Under the pieces are notes generated by a model, which was not told the DNA's origin, searched no databases, and saw only the letters and a list, made by a program, of their open reading frames with translations. The position numbers and the translations under genes are program-made. Of a stretch of 20,000 bases of DNA, positions 1-10,520 are shown piece by piece (positions within the stretch are counted from its first letter, which is position 1; each line of letters begins with the position of its first letter). Source of the stretch: Craspedostauros australis (Eukaryota). The DNA lies in contig JALAGF010005345.1 of the NCBI GenBank assembly GCA_030167865.1, positions 56,845 through 76,844 on the forward strand, in the 5' to 3' direction.

Positions 1-39
1 GATACGATCTCTCTCGAGTTCGAGATACGGACGTAGCAT
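1..39 (-). CDS. Possible 5' end of a gene running off the window (MLRPYLELERDRI...)
   Basis: Minus-strand ATG at 39-37 in an ACC-ATG context after an A-rich leader (AACACAAGCAAAAAACTAAAGAGGACC). The frame is open to the window edge, but only 13 codons are visible. Confidence 0.25.
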   Translation of the reverse strand, partial: MLRPYLELERDRI

Positions 40-900
40 GGTCCTCTTTAGTTTTTTGCTTGTGTTTCGACTGGCCTTCGTACGCTTGAGAACACGATTG
101 AGGATCTGGTGTGTCGCTGCTGACATCATGTTCAACAACCGAATGAGGGCTGTGTGGCATTCTCGCTGCCACAGAAGACCGTTTGGAGTTCTGACCGTTT
201 CGTTTGTTCCGACTTGTCGCCTGCGTCTTTCAGCTCATCAAAGAACTTCAACTCGCATCAGTTCGAGATGACACACCAGCTCCATCTTCTTGTGTCCACA
301 CACCCAACAAAAGAGAGATCTTCGGACGATCAAACCCACAGAACGAACGAACGAGACAAACGACAGACCCGAAAGAGAGCATCCTCATCTTCCACCTTGA
401 GCCCATCTGTTGGAACATCGGTCACAAGGTTAAACGCATTGAGGCAACAACTCTCCAGAAGCGACAGTTGCGAGCAGAGTCCTCTGTGTACAAGCCATCA
501 TTCGTGCTCCATCGTGTCTCAGCATCAGAAGCCCCCACCAAGAAACTCTTTTTGTTGTCACGTGCGATTGCAGTGATCGTGCCGTCTTCAGCGACAGCGA
601 CAGCCACAGAAGGATCATCTTGTTCTCACTGGTCTCATTTCGAGAACACCGAAGAGACATTTGTGGCACCAACCTCGACGTCATCACCGCACGCACAACG
701 CAACGACGACAGCAGCAGCAACAGCAGCCTGACTATCGCTACTGCCTCTTGACAATCAGAGTCAACAGATCAAGATACATCACTCTGCACAAGCACACAC
801 GGTGATCTTGACAAACACAAACACAACTATACACACTAATCTCACCAACTCTCTCTGGAGCAACAAGAGCAAGAACAGACACAACACAAAGCAGCACAAG

Positions 901-2793
901 ATGAGGATCATACGCCGCAGAACGGTGCTCGCATCGACGGCGACCGTCATGCTCATGACGCCGTCTTCGACCGATGCCTTCCTTGCGCAGTACGCTTCCG
1001 TGCGGCTGCCGATGGCCGATCTATCTCCAGGTGCCACAGCAGCGCCCTCCTTTGCGACACCGTCGCAGAACGTCATCTGGGGAACGTCGTCGCCGCATCA
1101 CAGCCTGCTGCGCATGTCGGATGAATTCGATGGCACAGCGACGGAGACAGGAGTTACCAACGGAGCAACTACAAATGGCGCTGTGAACGGCGCGATCAAT
1201 GGTGCATCCAACGGCGCTCCAAATGGTGCTGCGGCTACTGCCACCATCGAGCCATCAGCACCTGCCACACCGCCCGACTACGAACCTTACATCCCGCGCG
1301 AGTTGGAAGACGCCCTGGCGCAACGTGAACAGACCATCTTCCTATACGAAAAGGAGATCGAGATGATTCGGAAGAAGCTTGAGATGAAGCAGATGGAATA
1401 CGAGGAGACGGTGGACACGTGGCGGTCGGAGAAGTCCAGCCTCGTCAACACCATCGCCGAATTCACCGACATGTTGACGCAGCGCGATGAAGAAACCAAG
1501 CGCCGCGCGCAGAATGAGGAGGACTACAAGCAACGCGAGAAGAAGCTCGAAGCGGAGATCGAGAACCTCACGCAGCAGCTGGAATCCGCCAAGGCCAAGA
1601 TGCAGCAGGAGACGGGGTCCGTGTCGGAGTTGAAGAAGACCCTGGACGAGACCACGGATCGGTTGGAATTCGATCAGATGGAGTTCGAAAAGTCGAAGAA
1701 ACAGCTCGAGAACAAGATCGAGGAAGAGCGCAAAAAACTCAAGAAGTTGGAGTCGCAGATAGGGGATAACGAGAAGGGGTTCGAGACGACGAGAAAGGAG
1801 CTCGTGGCGCGCGTCCAGCAGGAGGAGAAGAAGCTCGCCGCTGCGAAGCAGGAATGGGCGGAGGCCGAGCGGCAGATCCTGGCGCGGGAGCAAACCTTGC
1901 GCACGACCATCGAAGAGAAGGAACGCACCATCGAGGAACGCAACGACGCTTTGAAGGAAGAGAAGAAGAAGTCATCGCAGACGGCCGCCGACCTCAAGAA
2001 GGAGATTCAGGAGCAGAAGGACGAAGTGAGCCAGACCAAGGCCACGCTGCGTGCGGAGCAAGCCAAGTACGCCGGCATGAAGACCGAATTGGAGGAACTC
2101 ATCGAGAAGGAGCAGGCCGATCTCGTCAGCCTCCAAGCGGAGATGGTGCGGGAGAAGGAGCGATCCGCCACGGAACGTGAAACCCTCCAGAAGTCGCTGG
2201 ACAGCGAAAGCGAGGCCCTGGCGCAGATCCAGACCACCCTGGCGGCCGAACGGGAGCAATCCAACCAGCAACGCATCGACTACGAAGATGAAATCGTCAA
2301 GTTGGTCGACAGCCGCCAGAGGAAGGCACGTCAGATGGGCAGACGATTCGAGAAGATCCGCACCGAAATGACAGAACTGTGGCAAGGCGCCAAACGCGAT
2401 GCACGAGAGCGCGAGCGTCACCTCAACGCGAAGTACGAATCCAAACTGAGCGACTTCAACCAGCGCGTGATATCGCTGGAGATGCAAGTGTCCGCGTCGA
2501 CGGCCCAAAACGAGGATCTGTCCCAAAAGGTCGCGGAATTGGACAGCATGAACGTCAGTCTGCGTTCCGAAATCTCCACCTTGCAATCCACCATCGATGC
2601 CAAGGATATCGTGATCCAAGAGAAGACGGCCGTAATTCAACAGAAGACTGCTGTGATCGAGAAGTACGAGGGCAGCTACCGTCAGCTCGCACGATTGACG
2701 GTCCGTTTGGCAGGCAAGCGCATCCGCGGCGTGGGGTCGCGCATCCGGCGCATCATTCGGAACAAGCCCTTGCCGACCGATGAAGAACTGTGA
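901..2793 (+). CDS. Long coiled-coil protein (630 aa) with a probable bipartite plastid-targeting presequence; function unknown
   Basis: The long ORF 802-2793 has its first plausible ATG at 901, after an A/C-rich leader. The N-terminus MRIIRRRTVLASTATVMLMTPSSTDA-F resembles a signal peptide with Phe at +1 (ASAFAP-type), followed by an S/T/A/P-rich transit-like region and NGA repeats. About 450 aa of E/K/Q-rich heptad-like sequence follow, then a basic C-terminal helix. Strong GC3 codon bias. Confidence 0.85.
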   Translation: MRIIRRRTVLASTATVMLMTPSSTDAFLAQYASVRLPMADLSPGATAAPSFATPSQNVIWGTSSPHHSLLRMSDEFDGTATETGVTNGATTNGAVNGAINGASNGAPNGAAATATIEPSAPATPPDYEPYIPRELEDALAQREQTIFLYEKEIEMIRKKLEMKQMEYEETVDTWRSEKSSLVNTIAEFTDMLTQRDEETKRRAQNEEDYKQREKKLEAEIENLTQQLESAKAKMQQETGSVSELKKTLDETTDRLEFDQMEFEKSKKQLENKIEEERKKLKKLESQIGDNEKGFETTRKELVARVQQEEKKLAAAKQEWAEAERQILAREQTLRTTIEEKERTIEERNDALKEEKKKSSQTAADLKKEIQEQKDEVSQTKATLRAEQAKYAGMKTELEELIEKEQADLVSLQAEMVREKERSATERETLQKSLDSESEALAQIQTTLAAEREQSNQQRIDYEDEIVKLVDSRQRKARQMGRRFEKIRTEMTELWQGAKRDARERERHLNAKYESKLSDFNQRVISLEMQVSASTAQNEDLSQKVAELDSMNVSLRSEISTLQSTIDAKDIVIQEKTAVIQQKTAVIEKYEGSYRQLARLTVRLAGKRIRGVGSRIRRIIRNKPLPTDEEL

Positions 2794-2920
2794 TTCAGCC
2801 ACATGTTATCCATACCATACCATACACACGCACACACACATCCATACTCTATGATACATATGATACGGGTTCATCCCGTACCATGCATGCTTCATGTAAA
2901 GGATGTTCAATTCATTGCAG

Positions 2921-2936
2921 GAGAGAGAGAGAGAGA
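2921..2936. repeat. (GA)8 microsatellite
   Basis: Read directly from the sequence. Confidence 0.9.
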
Positions 2937-3539
2937 AGTAGGAACGAAACCGGCAATCAATGCGGGGAACTGTCCACACTGTGACGACGATCGCTGGGAG
3001 TGTTGCGTCGCAGATCACCAATGACACAACATAATACGAGTACTCTAGGCAAATTCTGTTTGTAGGTTCATGTCACCATCCACAACTACTCTACACTGCC
3101 ATCATCGGAGTTCCCAGCGCAATCTCTATGACGAGCAACAGAACATCCGAAGAGTTGTACTCTGCGTCTATGCCTGTGGATAGGCATTGGGCAGTATGGA
3201 ATGTTGACTACATCGACTAACTAGATTGTCCCTTGACTGATCCGACCGCTTCTCCTTCATTTCGGATCATCATTTTTCGGCCGTCCATCAGCCGCTCGCC
3301 ATTGCGATTTGCTTGGTTTGTTGCTCTCGTGTGAAATTGAGTTTGGGAAGCCAGCAAGGGGGAGCAATGCACACGGTTGGACTCTCCTCATACTTTGCCT
3401 GTGACAAACAACAACAAACACAAGCCGGACCAGAAGCAGTGGTGAGAACGACGAGGAGTGCAACTACTCTGCAAACAACAGACGACAGACAACAACGAAT
3501 AAACAAGCAGTGCCAATTGAAAGAGAGACAAGAAGAAAG

Positions 3540-5518
3540 ATGGCAGGCGGAAAAGGAGAGACGTTCCAGGAGAGATCCAAAGGAAAGGATGTCAGAACAT
3601 CCAACATTGTGGCTGCAAAGGTGAGTTCAGGTGCTGCAGAGGAGAGGAGAGAAGAAAAGAGCATGGTGGGGCTACCATCCGTGTGTATCATTCCTCGTGG
3701 ATCTTGACATTGGCTTTCACGGATGAACACATGGACGAACGGAGGCTTGCGTGATAGTGTGGGCTACGCTGTTCATGCTCTTTTCCAGTCATGTACGAGT
3801 ATTGCAAAATGCAGTAGCTGTCGCCTTCGTTTCAGTTCCGTGGCCACCTCTGTCTCACCAATGCTGCTGCTCTGTTACTCCTACCTCTGCAACTGCAACT
3901 AAAAACATCACTGCATACATCATTCCTTTTCTTCGTCTGCGTGCTGTGTATCATGCATTGATTCATGCTGCGCAATGACACCATGCACTCAATATTCCCT
4001 TCCAATATCCAGGCTGTTGCCAATGCTGTGCGGACGTCGTTGGGACCACGCGGAATGGACAAGCTGATGCAACTGGCGGATGGCGAGATTTTGATCAGCA
4101 ATGACGGAGCCACCATCTTGAGCAAGATGAGTGTTATGCACCCCGCCGCAAAGATGCTGGTGGATCTCTCCAAATCGCAGGACATCGAGGCAGGTGATGG
4201 AACGACCACGGTCGTGGTGCTCGCTGGTTCGCTGTTGAATGTATGCTCGTCGTTGCTGTCCAAGGGGATCCACCCAACTGCCATCGCCAGCTCCTTCATG
4301 CGGGCGGCCGACAAGGCATGCGAGATCCTCGAGGAGATGGCCATACCCGTCGATCTGGCGGATCGCAACGCACTCCTCAGCGCAGTCGAAACCTGCCTTT
4401 CCAGCAAGGTCGTTGCCCAGAATTCTGAAATCCTTGCGCCCATCGCCGTCGATTCCGTCCTGGGGGTGCTCTCGGACATCAACACGGCAAAGACCGTCGA
4501 TTTGAGAGACATTCGTTTGGTGCAGCAGGTGGGAGGCACCGTCGATGACACCGAGCTGGTGAAGGGTCTGGTGCTCACGAAGGGATCCACCAAGACAGCG
4601 GGTGGACCATCCAGCATGAGCAACGCGAAGATCGGTTTGATTCAGTACTGCCTCAGCGCCCCCAAGACCGACATGGACAACAACGTCGTGGTGTCGGACT
4701 ACGCGGCCATGGACAGAATCCTTCGCGAGGAACGCAAATACATCCTGCAGCAGTGCAAAGTCATCAAAAAGTCAGGATGCAACGTGCTTCTCATCCAGAA
4801 ATCGATTCTGAGAGACGCGTACAACGAGCTCTCCCTGCACTTTCTTGCCAAGATGGGAATCCTCGTCGTCACCGACATCGACCGACCAGAGGTGGACTTC
4901 ATCTGCCGCACGCTCGGATGCACTCCGGTGGCGCACCCTGATCAGATGAGCGCCGACAAGCTGGGATCCGCAGAGCGAGTTGCCGATGTTCTCATGGAAG
5001 GTGGATCGACGAAGGTCGTCAAGTTCACCGGCGTCAAAAATCCGGGCAAGACCATGACTGTGCTGATGAGAGGTTCCAACGAGTTTGTGTTGGGTGAGGC
5101 CGAGCGCAGTTTGCATGATGCCCAGTGCGTGGTGCGGTCGTTGGTGAAGAAGCGTGCGCTCATCGCAGGTGGCGGTGCCGGAGAGACGCAGACATTTCTG
5201 AAGCTCCAAGAGTACGCCCGCGAACTGACCGGCATGGATGCCTACTGCTTCCAGGCCTTCGCTGATGCGCTCGAGGTGATATCGTACACGCTGGCAGAGA
5301 ACGCTGGAATGAAGCCCATCGAGGTCGTGACGGAGCTGAGAAAGCAGCACGCGGAGGGCATCGTCGGTGCAGGCATCAACGTCAAGAAGGGCAAGGTTTC
5401 GGACATGTACGAGCTGAACGTCGTGCAACCTCTGTTGGTTTCCACCTCCGCGATCCAGCTGGCCACCGAAACTGTCTGCATGATCATGAAGATCGATGAT
5501 CTCGTCGTCGTGCAGTAG
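3540..5518 (+). CDS. CCT4: T-complex protein 1 subunit delta (CCT/TRiC chaperonin); exon 1 3540-3620, intron 3621-4012, exon 2 4013-5518; 528 aa
   Basis: Exon 1 encodes [27 protein letters not shown] and ends at AAG|GTGAGT. The acceptor CCAG| at 4012 resumes in phase with [17 protein letters not shown]. Chaperonin motifs SNDGATIL and GDGTTT are present, as are delta-typical [28 protein letters not shown] and [11 protein letters not shown]. Confidence 0.95.
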
Positions 5519-5554
5519 GAAATAGTGTAGTCCAATCCATAAACGCTTTCCAGT

Positions 5555-5574
5555 GAGAGAGAGAGAGAGAGAGA
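5555..5574. repeat. (GA)10 microsatellite in the CCT4 3' region
   Basis: Read directly from the sequence. Confidence 0.9.
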
Positions 5575-5803
5575 TGCACATGAAAGTCGTACAAAAGAGT
5601 CTAAACTGGGAGACTGATTACTGATTGTAGTAGGGGTACGCATGTATTTCAGTGAAGGACAATTCTATCGCTCTTCAGTCTCTTATCAGAATTGCCTGTC
5701 CGCATCTTCAGCGAGACGTGCTCGTAGGTCACTGATTGAAGCAAGCAGTGCTGCATCTTTCAGATAGATACTCGTACTCTTCCTCCAGAACCGTACGTGC
5801 AAG

Positions 5804-6519
5804 TCAATGACCTACAGTGACCGCGGCACACACAATCACCATGTCGTCGTTAGTGTCGCCCAACCGCTCAATGGCAATTCCGCTGGGCGCGATCATGCCA
5901 CCATCCTGAATCTGAAATCGCACCGAACCGTACGGGAAAACGTCGCCCACCTTGGACAGATCCAGCGAGTCACGGTACTTGGCGGGCACCGCCAGAACGA
6001 CATCCAACCGCAGGTTCTCATACCCGCCCGGCACGAGCCGACGAATGGAAGGGATGGAGTTGAATTCGATGGCGTTGCGGCATGCGCGGACTGCAGATGC
6101 AATGTAATGTGAGTGGTTGTGTTGTTTTGGGTTGGAATTCAGCGCAATGGTTCATGCAGGAGAATTGCTCTCTTGAGTGCTGCAGAGTCGCTCTCACCTG
6201 CCGCTTTGGTTGCATTTTGACCATGGGAATCATTGCCAAATCCGCATTCGATGAAGAGGATCTGTTCCACGTGTGGTTCGCCTTCCCCTCTCTCCCATGT
6301 TGGCAAGGATGAAGAGGAAGACATGCTTGCGATGGTTGTGGGGATATGCCCCGTGACGGTGCGTGTCGAATGGGTAGGATTTAGACTGAAGCCTGCTGTC
6401 GGTTGAGGACAGATGAATGCTGCTAACAAGAGCAATGGTAGAAACAGAGATACGCGTGGCGGTGGGTGTGACGGCAATGCAGCTTGGTGCCGAAAGGATC
6501 GTCGGCTGATGGATTGCAT
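5804..6519 (-). CDS. Lin0512-family conserved hypothetical protein with a probable plastid-targeting presequence; exon 1 6519-6198, intron 6197-6091, exon 2 6090-5804; 202 aa
   Basis: Splicing G|GTGAGA ... CTGCAG|TC gives LFIECGFGNDSHGQNATKAAVRACRNAIEFNSIP...LAVP...VFPYG...IQDGGM...DDMVIVCAAVTVG, matching the Lin0512 family pattern as I recall it. The N-terminus has a hydrophobic signal (LFLPLLLLAAFICPQPTAG-F) with Phe at +1 and an S/T-rich transit-like region. Exon lengths sum to 609 nt, in frame. Confidence 0.85.
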
Positions 6520-7114
6520 TTGAGTTGCCTCGAGGGTTGTTCACGGAGCAGAATCGGTGGATGTTGGGTGAATGGCTGAGTGATGGCGTCGGGTTGATGG
6601 ATGTGGACGACCCGTGTATCCGCATGGAAATGACGTCGATGCAGATCGAGATGACGTTGATCGAGGCCGCCTCTGCATGGGAATGAGGGTGGTGTGTCAT
6701 GTGACGGATGATGCCGAAAGATACTCAAGAAAAGATCGTTCGGCAAGTGATGGAACTCATGATTTGCATTCCCACGTGAACACGAAACAGATCGTGACTG
6801 AAACCAAAACAACACGAAACACCACCAAATAATGAACCACGCGGGACTGGGAGATGAAGGCGAACGAAACGAACAACAACGAAACACGCACAAGGAAAGA
6901 GAGACGATGACGCAAACTGAAGCGTTCCCGAGATCTTCGACAAACCACTCCATTCAACACGACCAGACACACAAGAACATCAGTCCATAGCCGTACCACC
7001 CTTTTCGTGGTATTGTTATATGTTGTGCGTACGTGTGCTCCGACTAGATTCAAGCACGCAATCCAACAACTCCACTCGACAACACTCTGCAGGAAGCAAA
7101 AGGACGAGAGAACC
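6520..7114. promoter_or_regulatory. Divergent intergenic region (putative bidirectional promoter) between the Lin0512-like gene and the beta-oxidation enzyme
   Basis: Head-to-head gene arrangement about 600 bp apart with A/C-rich leader sequence. No specific motif identified. Confidence 0.35.
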
Positions 7115-9310
7115 ATGGTCGCAACTATCGTTGACTTCAGCACGGTGAGCGCCAACCCGCTGAATCCCGTGGGCGCCAAGCTGAGATGGGCAGTGTGGAA
7201 CGCGTTGGAGGCTGCGGAGAAGGATGACAGGATCACCAGCCTCATTCTGACGGGCGGCAAATCTGGCAACTTCTCCTCCGGTGCGGACATCACCGAATTC
7301 GCGAAGGTGGTCGACACCGAACAAAGCGACCTCGCGTTGGTACATATCATCAAACGGATCGAGAACTTCCCCAAGCCCATAATTGCGGCGGTGGATGGCG
7401 TCGCATTCGGCGGTGGCTGCGAACTCACCCTCTGCTCCCATTACCGCGTGGCCACGAAGACAGCCAGTCTCTCGCTGCCCGAGGTTCATGTCGGCGTCAT
7501 CCCTGGGGGAGGTGGAACCCAGCGTCTGCCACGCCTCATTGGAGTGGCAAAGGCCTTGGACATGATCATCACGGGCAAGCCGGTGAATGCGGTGACGGCC
7601 CAGAAGCTCGGCCTCATCGATCAGGTGGCCAAGCCCGGGGAGACCTTGATGCAGTGCGCGCAGCGATGGGCCGACTGGGCGGAGCTCATGCCGCTGGACG
7701 ACAGACGCGTTGGCCATCGCCAGATCAAGGAATCGAAGGCGGAGCTGGCCTCCATCTTTGCGGCAGTGGAACGAAAGCTCCCCTCCGAACAGATGGGCGG
7801 AGCAGGTGTGCGTGCTGCGCTGAGCGCCGTCAAGGCATGCATTCTGCCCATCGAAGAAGGCAACGCTATCGAGAGCAAGCACTTCATTGATTCCCTCCTC
7901 CATCCGCAAGGCGTGGCCAGGCGGCATGCTTTCTTCGCCGTCCGCAGAGCCCAAAAGCCGTTGGGCAAGGCGCCCAAGGACCATCCCTTCCTCTCCAAGT
8001 CCTATGGATCCTACACCGTCGGTGTTGCGGGCGCTGGTCTCATGGGGAGCGGCATTGCCATGGTGTTGCTCCAGGCTGGATTCAAGGTCATCCTCGTGGA
8101 TGTCTACAAGCAGTCCCTTGACAAAGGCATGGCATTCCTCACGAAGACCATCAAGACGCACGCTCAGCGTGGCAAGCTGTCGCCAAAGAAGGCGTCGGCC
8201 ATGATGGCTTCCTTGACCGGAAGCGAGAAGCTCGAGAGCCTCGCACCGTGCTTGCTCGTCGTGGAGGCGGTCATCGAGAGCATGAAGATCAAGAAGAAGA
8301 TCTTCACATCGTTGGACAAGATCACTCCGCCCAACGCCATCCTGCTCAGCAACACCTCGACGCTGGACATTGATGAGATGACATCGGTTCTGTCGATGGA
8401 TCGTCGTTCCCGATTCGCAGGCTGGCACTTCTTCTCTCCCGCCCACATCATGAAGCTCGTGGAGATCGTCCGTGGGAAGGCCACATCGATCGAAACAGTT
8501 GCCGTCCTCCAGCATCTCACGAAGCGCATCAAAAAGACGGGCGTCGTGGTGGGCAACTGCGATGGCTTCGTGGGCAATCGTCTCCTAATCCCGTACGGCG
8601 CAGAGACGACCTTCCTGCTGGAGCAGGGCGTTGCATCAGTGGCATCCGTCGATAAGGTGTTCCTCAGGTTCGGCATGGCGTTGGGTCCATTCCAGATGAG
8701 CGACCTCGCAGGCCTCGACATCGGATACAACATCCGCAAGGAACGCGGTTGGACCAAGGTCGGCAACACGCCGGCCAAGAACCGCCCCGAGCGGTACCCC
8801 GAACTCGCCGATGTCATCGTGGCCGACCTGAGGCGATTGGGGCAGAAATCAGGCAAGGGATGGTACACCTACGATCCCCGCATCGGCAAGGGCAGGATGC
8901 CCCTGCCCTCCTCCGAAGTTGATGCGCTCGTGGCACGATTCGCCAAGCCCAACCAGGCCCCTTTCAAGCCGGAGCAGATGATCGAGCAGGTCATGTGCCC
9001 CCTCGTCAACCTCGGCTTCCTCTGCCTCGAGGAGGGCATCGCCGAACGCCCCTCCGACATTGACGTGGTCTACCTCTACGGATACGGCTGGCCCGTCTAT
9101 CGTGGTGGCCCCATGTTCTGGGCCGAAAACGACGTAGGCTTGGAGAACATTCTGGCATCATTGAAGAAGCTCTCCGCCATGTACCCAACCACCGATTACT
9201 TCGTCCCCAGCAAGCTGCTGCAGCACTGTGTCGAGCGCGGCGTCGCCGTCGAAGAAGGGTGCAAACAGTTGCGCAAAGGCGGTCTGGACAATCCATTCTC
9301 CAAGCTGTAG
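7115..9310 (+). CDS. Peroxisomal fatty-acid beta-oxidation multifunctional enzyme (enoyl-CoA hydratase / 3-hydroxyacyl-CoA dehydrogenase; MFP/EHHADH/FadB-like)
   Basis: Crotonase motifs FSSGADI, GGGCEL and PEVHVGVIPGGGGTQRLPRLIG; Rossmann motif GAGLMGSGIA; HAD motifs VEAVIE, SNTSTL, HFFSPAHIMKLVE and GFVGNR; C-terminal PTS1 SKL. The first in-frame ATG is at 7115; a short upstream exon is possible (CTGCAG acceptor ending at 7092). Confidence 0.93.
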   Translation: MVATIVDFSTVSANPLNPVGAKLRWAVWNALEAAEKDDRITSLILTGGKSGNFSSGADITEFAKVVDTEQSDLALVHIIKRIENFPKPIIAAVDGVAFGGGCELTLCSHYRVATKTASLSLPEVHVGVIPGGGGTQRLPRLIGVAKALDMIITGKPVNAVTAQKLGLIDQVAKPGETLMQCAQRWADWAELMPLDDRRVGHRQIKESKAELASIFAAVERKLPSEQMGGAGVRAALSAVKACILPIEEGNAIESKHFIDSLLHPQGVARRHAFFAVRRAQKPLGKAPKDHPFLSKSYGSYTVGVAGAGLMGSGIAMVLLQAGFKVILVDVYKQSLDKGMAFLTKTIKTHAQRGKLSPKKASAMMASLTGSEKLESLAPCLLVVEAVIESMKIKKKIFTSLDKITPPNAILLSNTSTLDIDEMTSVLSMDRRSRFAGWHFFSPAHIMKLVEIVRGKATSIETVAVLQHLTKRIKKTGVVVGNCDGFVGNRLLIPYGAETTFLLEQGVASVASVDKVFLRFGMALGPFQMSDLAGLDIGYNIRKERGWTKVGNTPAKNRPERYPELADVIVADLRRLGQKSGKGWYTYDPRIGKGRMPLPSSEVDALVARFAKPNQAPFKPEQMIEQVMCPLVNLGFLCLEEGIAERPSDIDVVYLYGYGWPVYRGGPMFWAENDVGLENILASLKKLSAMYPTTDYFVPSKLLQHCVERGVAVEEGCKQLRKGGLDNPFSKL

Positions 9311-9648
9311 ACTTCGTTGCAAGGTGAGAACGTCACATAACAATACTCTGCGAAATAGTGCGTCTATTGTATGGTCGTATCTAATCCTCTATTGCATGAC
9401 ATGAACTAAGATACCGCGGGAACAAAGCAGTGTGTAGAATATAATACTCTGTGTTCGTGCTGTCGTCCTGACAGGCAGGATGCGTTACTCCAATCAAAGA
9501 GCGAGCGTGAGGTAGCCAATCTACTACGAGTATTAGTAGTATTGAGAGGGAGTGCAGATTGAGACTTTCGCGGAAGACAATTCCTTTCTGGGGGGTGTCA
9601 CAGGAGACATGGACGCTTCCCGAAGTGACGTTGATGTGTCAATCGTAT

Positions 9649-10001
9649 CGAATGATTCTGGCTTGCTTGCGTGCTCAGGACGCGAAATGAAGCACTCGCA
9701 GGCACACAGATGACAGTCTTCTATTGCTTATNTGNTGTTGGTGTATTGCTGATACACTCCTTGTTGTGAACCAGATTGTGACCGCATGCCATGAATCCAA
9801 CAAAGACACATGCTCTGTTCGTTTTTTCCCTTTGTGTTGTTTCAGCCACAAACACTCCACCTTGGTTGCTTATGACTGTACGGTCACAGAATCTTTGACC
9901 AATACGAGCTACGCGACTCGTTTGACCCTAAAACTCGCTCTGTCCCCTCGTTGAATTGGCATATGCTGGCTGTATGCCTGACTGCCATCTGTGCCTATAC
10001 A
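9649..10001 (-). repeat. 3' LTR copy A, lacking the outer ~18 bp and joined to host-side sequence
   Basis: Near-identical to 10155-10508 (about 10 substitutions and 1 indel by eye) and preceded on the minus strand by the same PPT (10002-10013). Confidence 0.85.
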
Positions 10002-10136
10002 ACGCCCCTCATCGTTGTAGNNNNNNNNNNNNNNNNNNNNNNNNNNNNNNNNNNNNNNNNNNNNNNNNNNGGACACGAGGGAATATGGACTGAGGGTGAA
10101 GCCGGATCCATTGGAGAACGATGCATGGAAGATTGT

Positions 10137-10508
10137 TGTATACACCGACAGCGACGAATGATTCTGGCCTGCTTGCGTGCTCAGGATGCGAAGTGAAGCA
10201 CTCTCAGGCACACAGATGACAGTCTTCTATTGCTTATCTGTTGTTGGTGTATTGCTGATACACTCCTTGTTGTGAACCAGATTGTGACCGCATGCCATGA
10301 ATCCAACAAAGACACATGCTCTGTTTGTTTTTTTCCCTTTGTGTTGTTTCAGCCACAAACACTCCGCCTCGGTTGCTTATGACTGTACGGTCACAGAATC
10401 TTTGACCAATACGAGCTACGCGACTCGTTTGACCCTAAAACTTTCTCTGTCCCTTCGTTGAATTGGCATATGCTGGCTGTATGCCTGACTGCCATCTGTG
10501 CCTATACA
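10137..10508 (-). repeat. 3' LTR copy B (372 bp)
   Basis: Bounded by the inverted termini TGTATA...TATACA and adjacent to the PPT, about 100 bp after the pol stop. Confidence 0.88.
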
Positions 10509-10520
10509 ACGCCCCTCATC
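10509..10520 (-). promoter_or_regulatory. Polypurine tract (GATGAGGGGCGT) for plus-strand priming
   Basis: Purine-rich run immediately upstream of the LTR's TG on the minus strand. Confidence 0.75.

Noticed and set aside
38..805. Overlapping ORFs of 61-182 aa upstream of the coiled-coil gene
   Set aside because: Low-complexity S/T/R-rich translations, mostly non-ATG starts, no motifs or codon bias; best explained as promoter/UTR sequence.
802..900. GTG-initiated N-terminal extension of the coiled-coil protein (and likewise 7007-7114 for the MFP gene)
   Set aside because: Non-ATG starts from a prokaryote-style ORF caller; these are probably 5' UTR or intron sequence.
3965..4012. ORF-track N-terminus of CCT4 ([16 protein letters not shown])
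   Set aside because: Intronic; the conserved N-terminus is in exon 1 at 3540-3620.
1342..9296. Long antisense ORFs (e.g. 1972-2802, 4772-5581, 7016-8515, 8164-8868)
   Set aside because: Shadow ORFs caused by the GC3-biased codons of the real genes on the opposite strand.
9649..10508. The two LTR copies as the 5' and 3' LTRs of a tiny TRIM-like element
   Set aside because: Both carry the PPT on the same side, no PBS is visible, and they are separated by an assembly gap.
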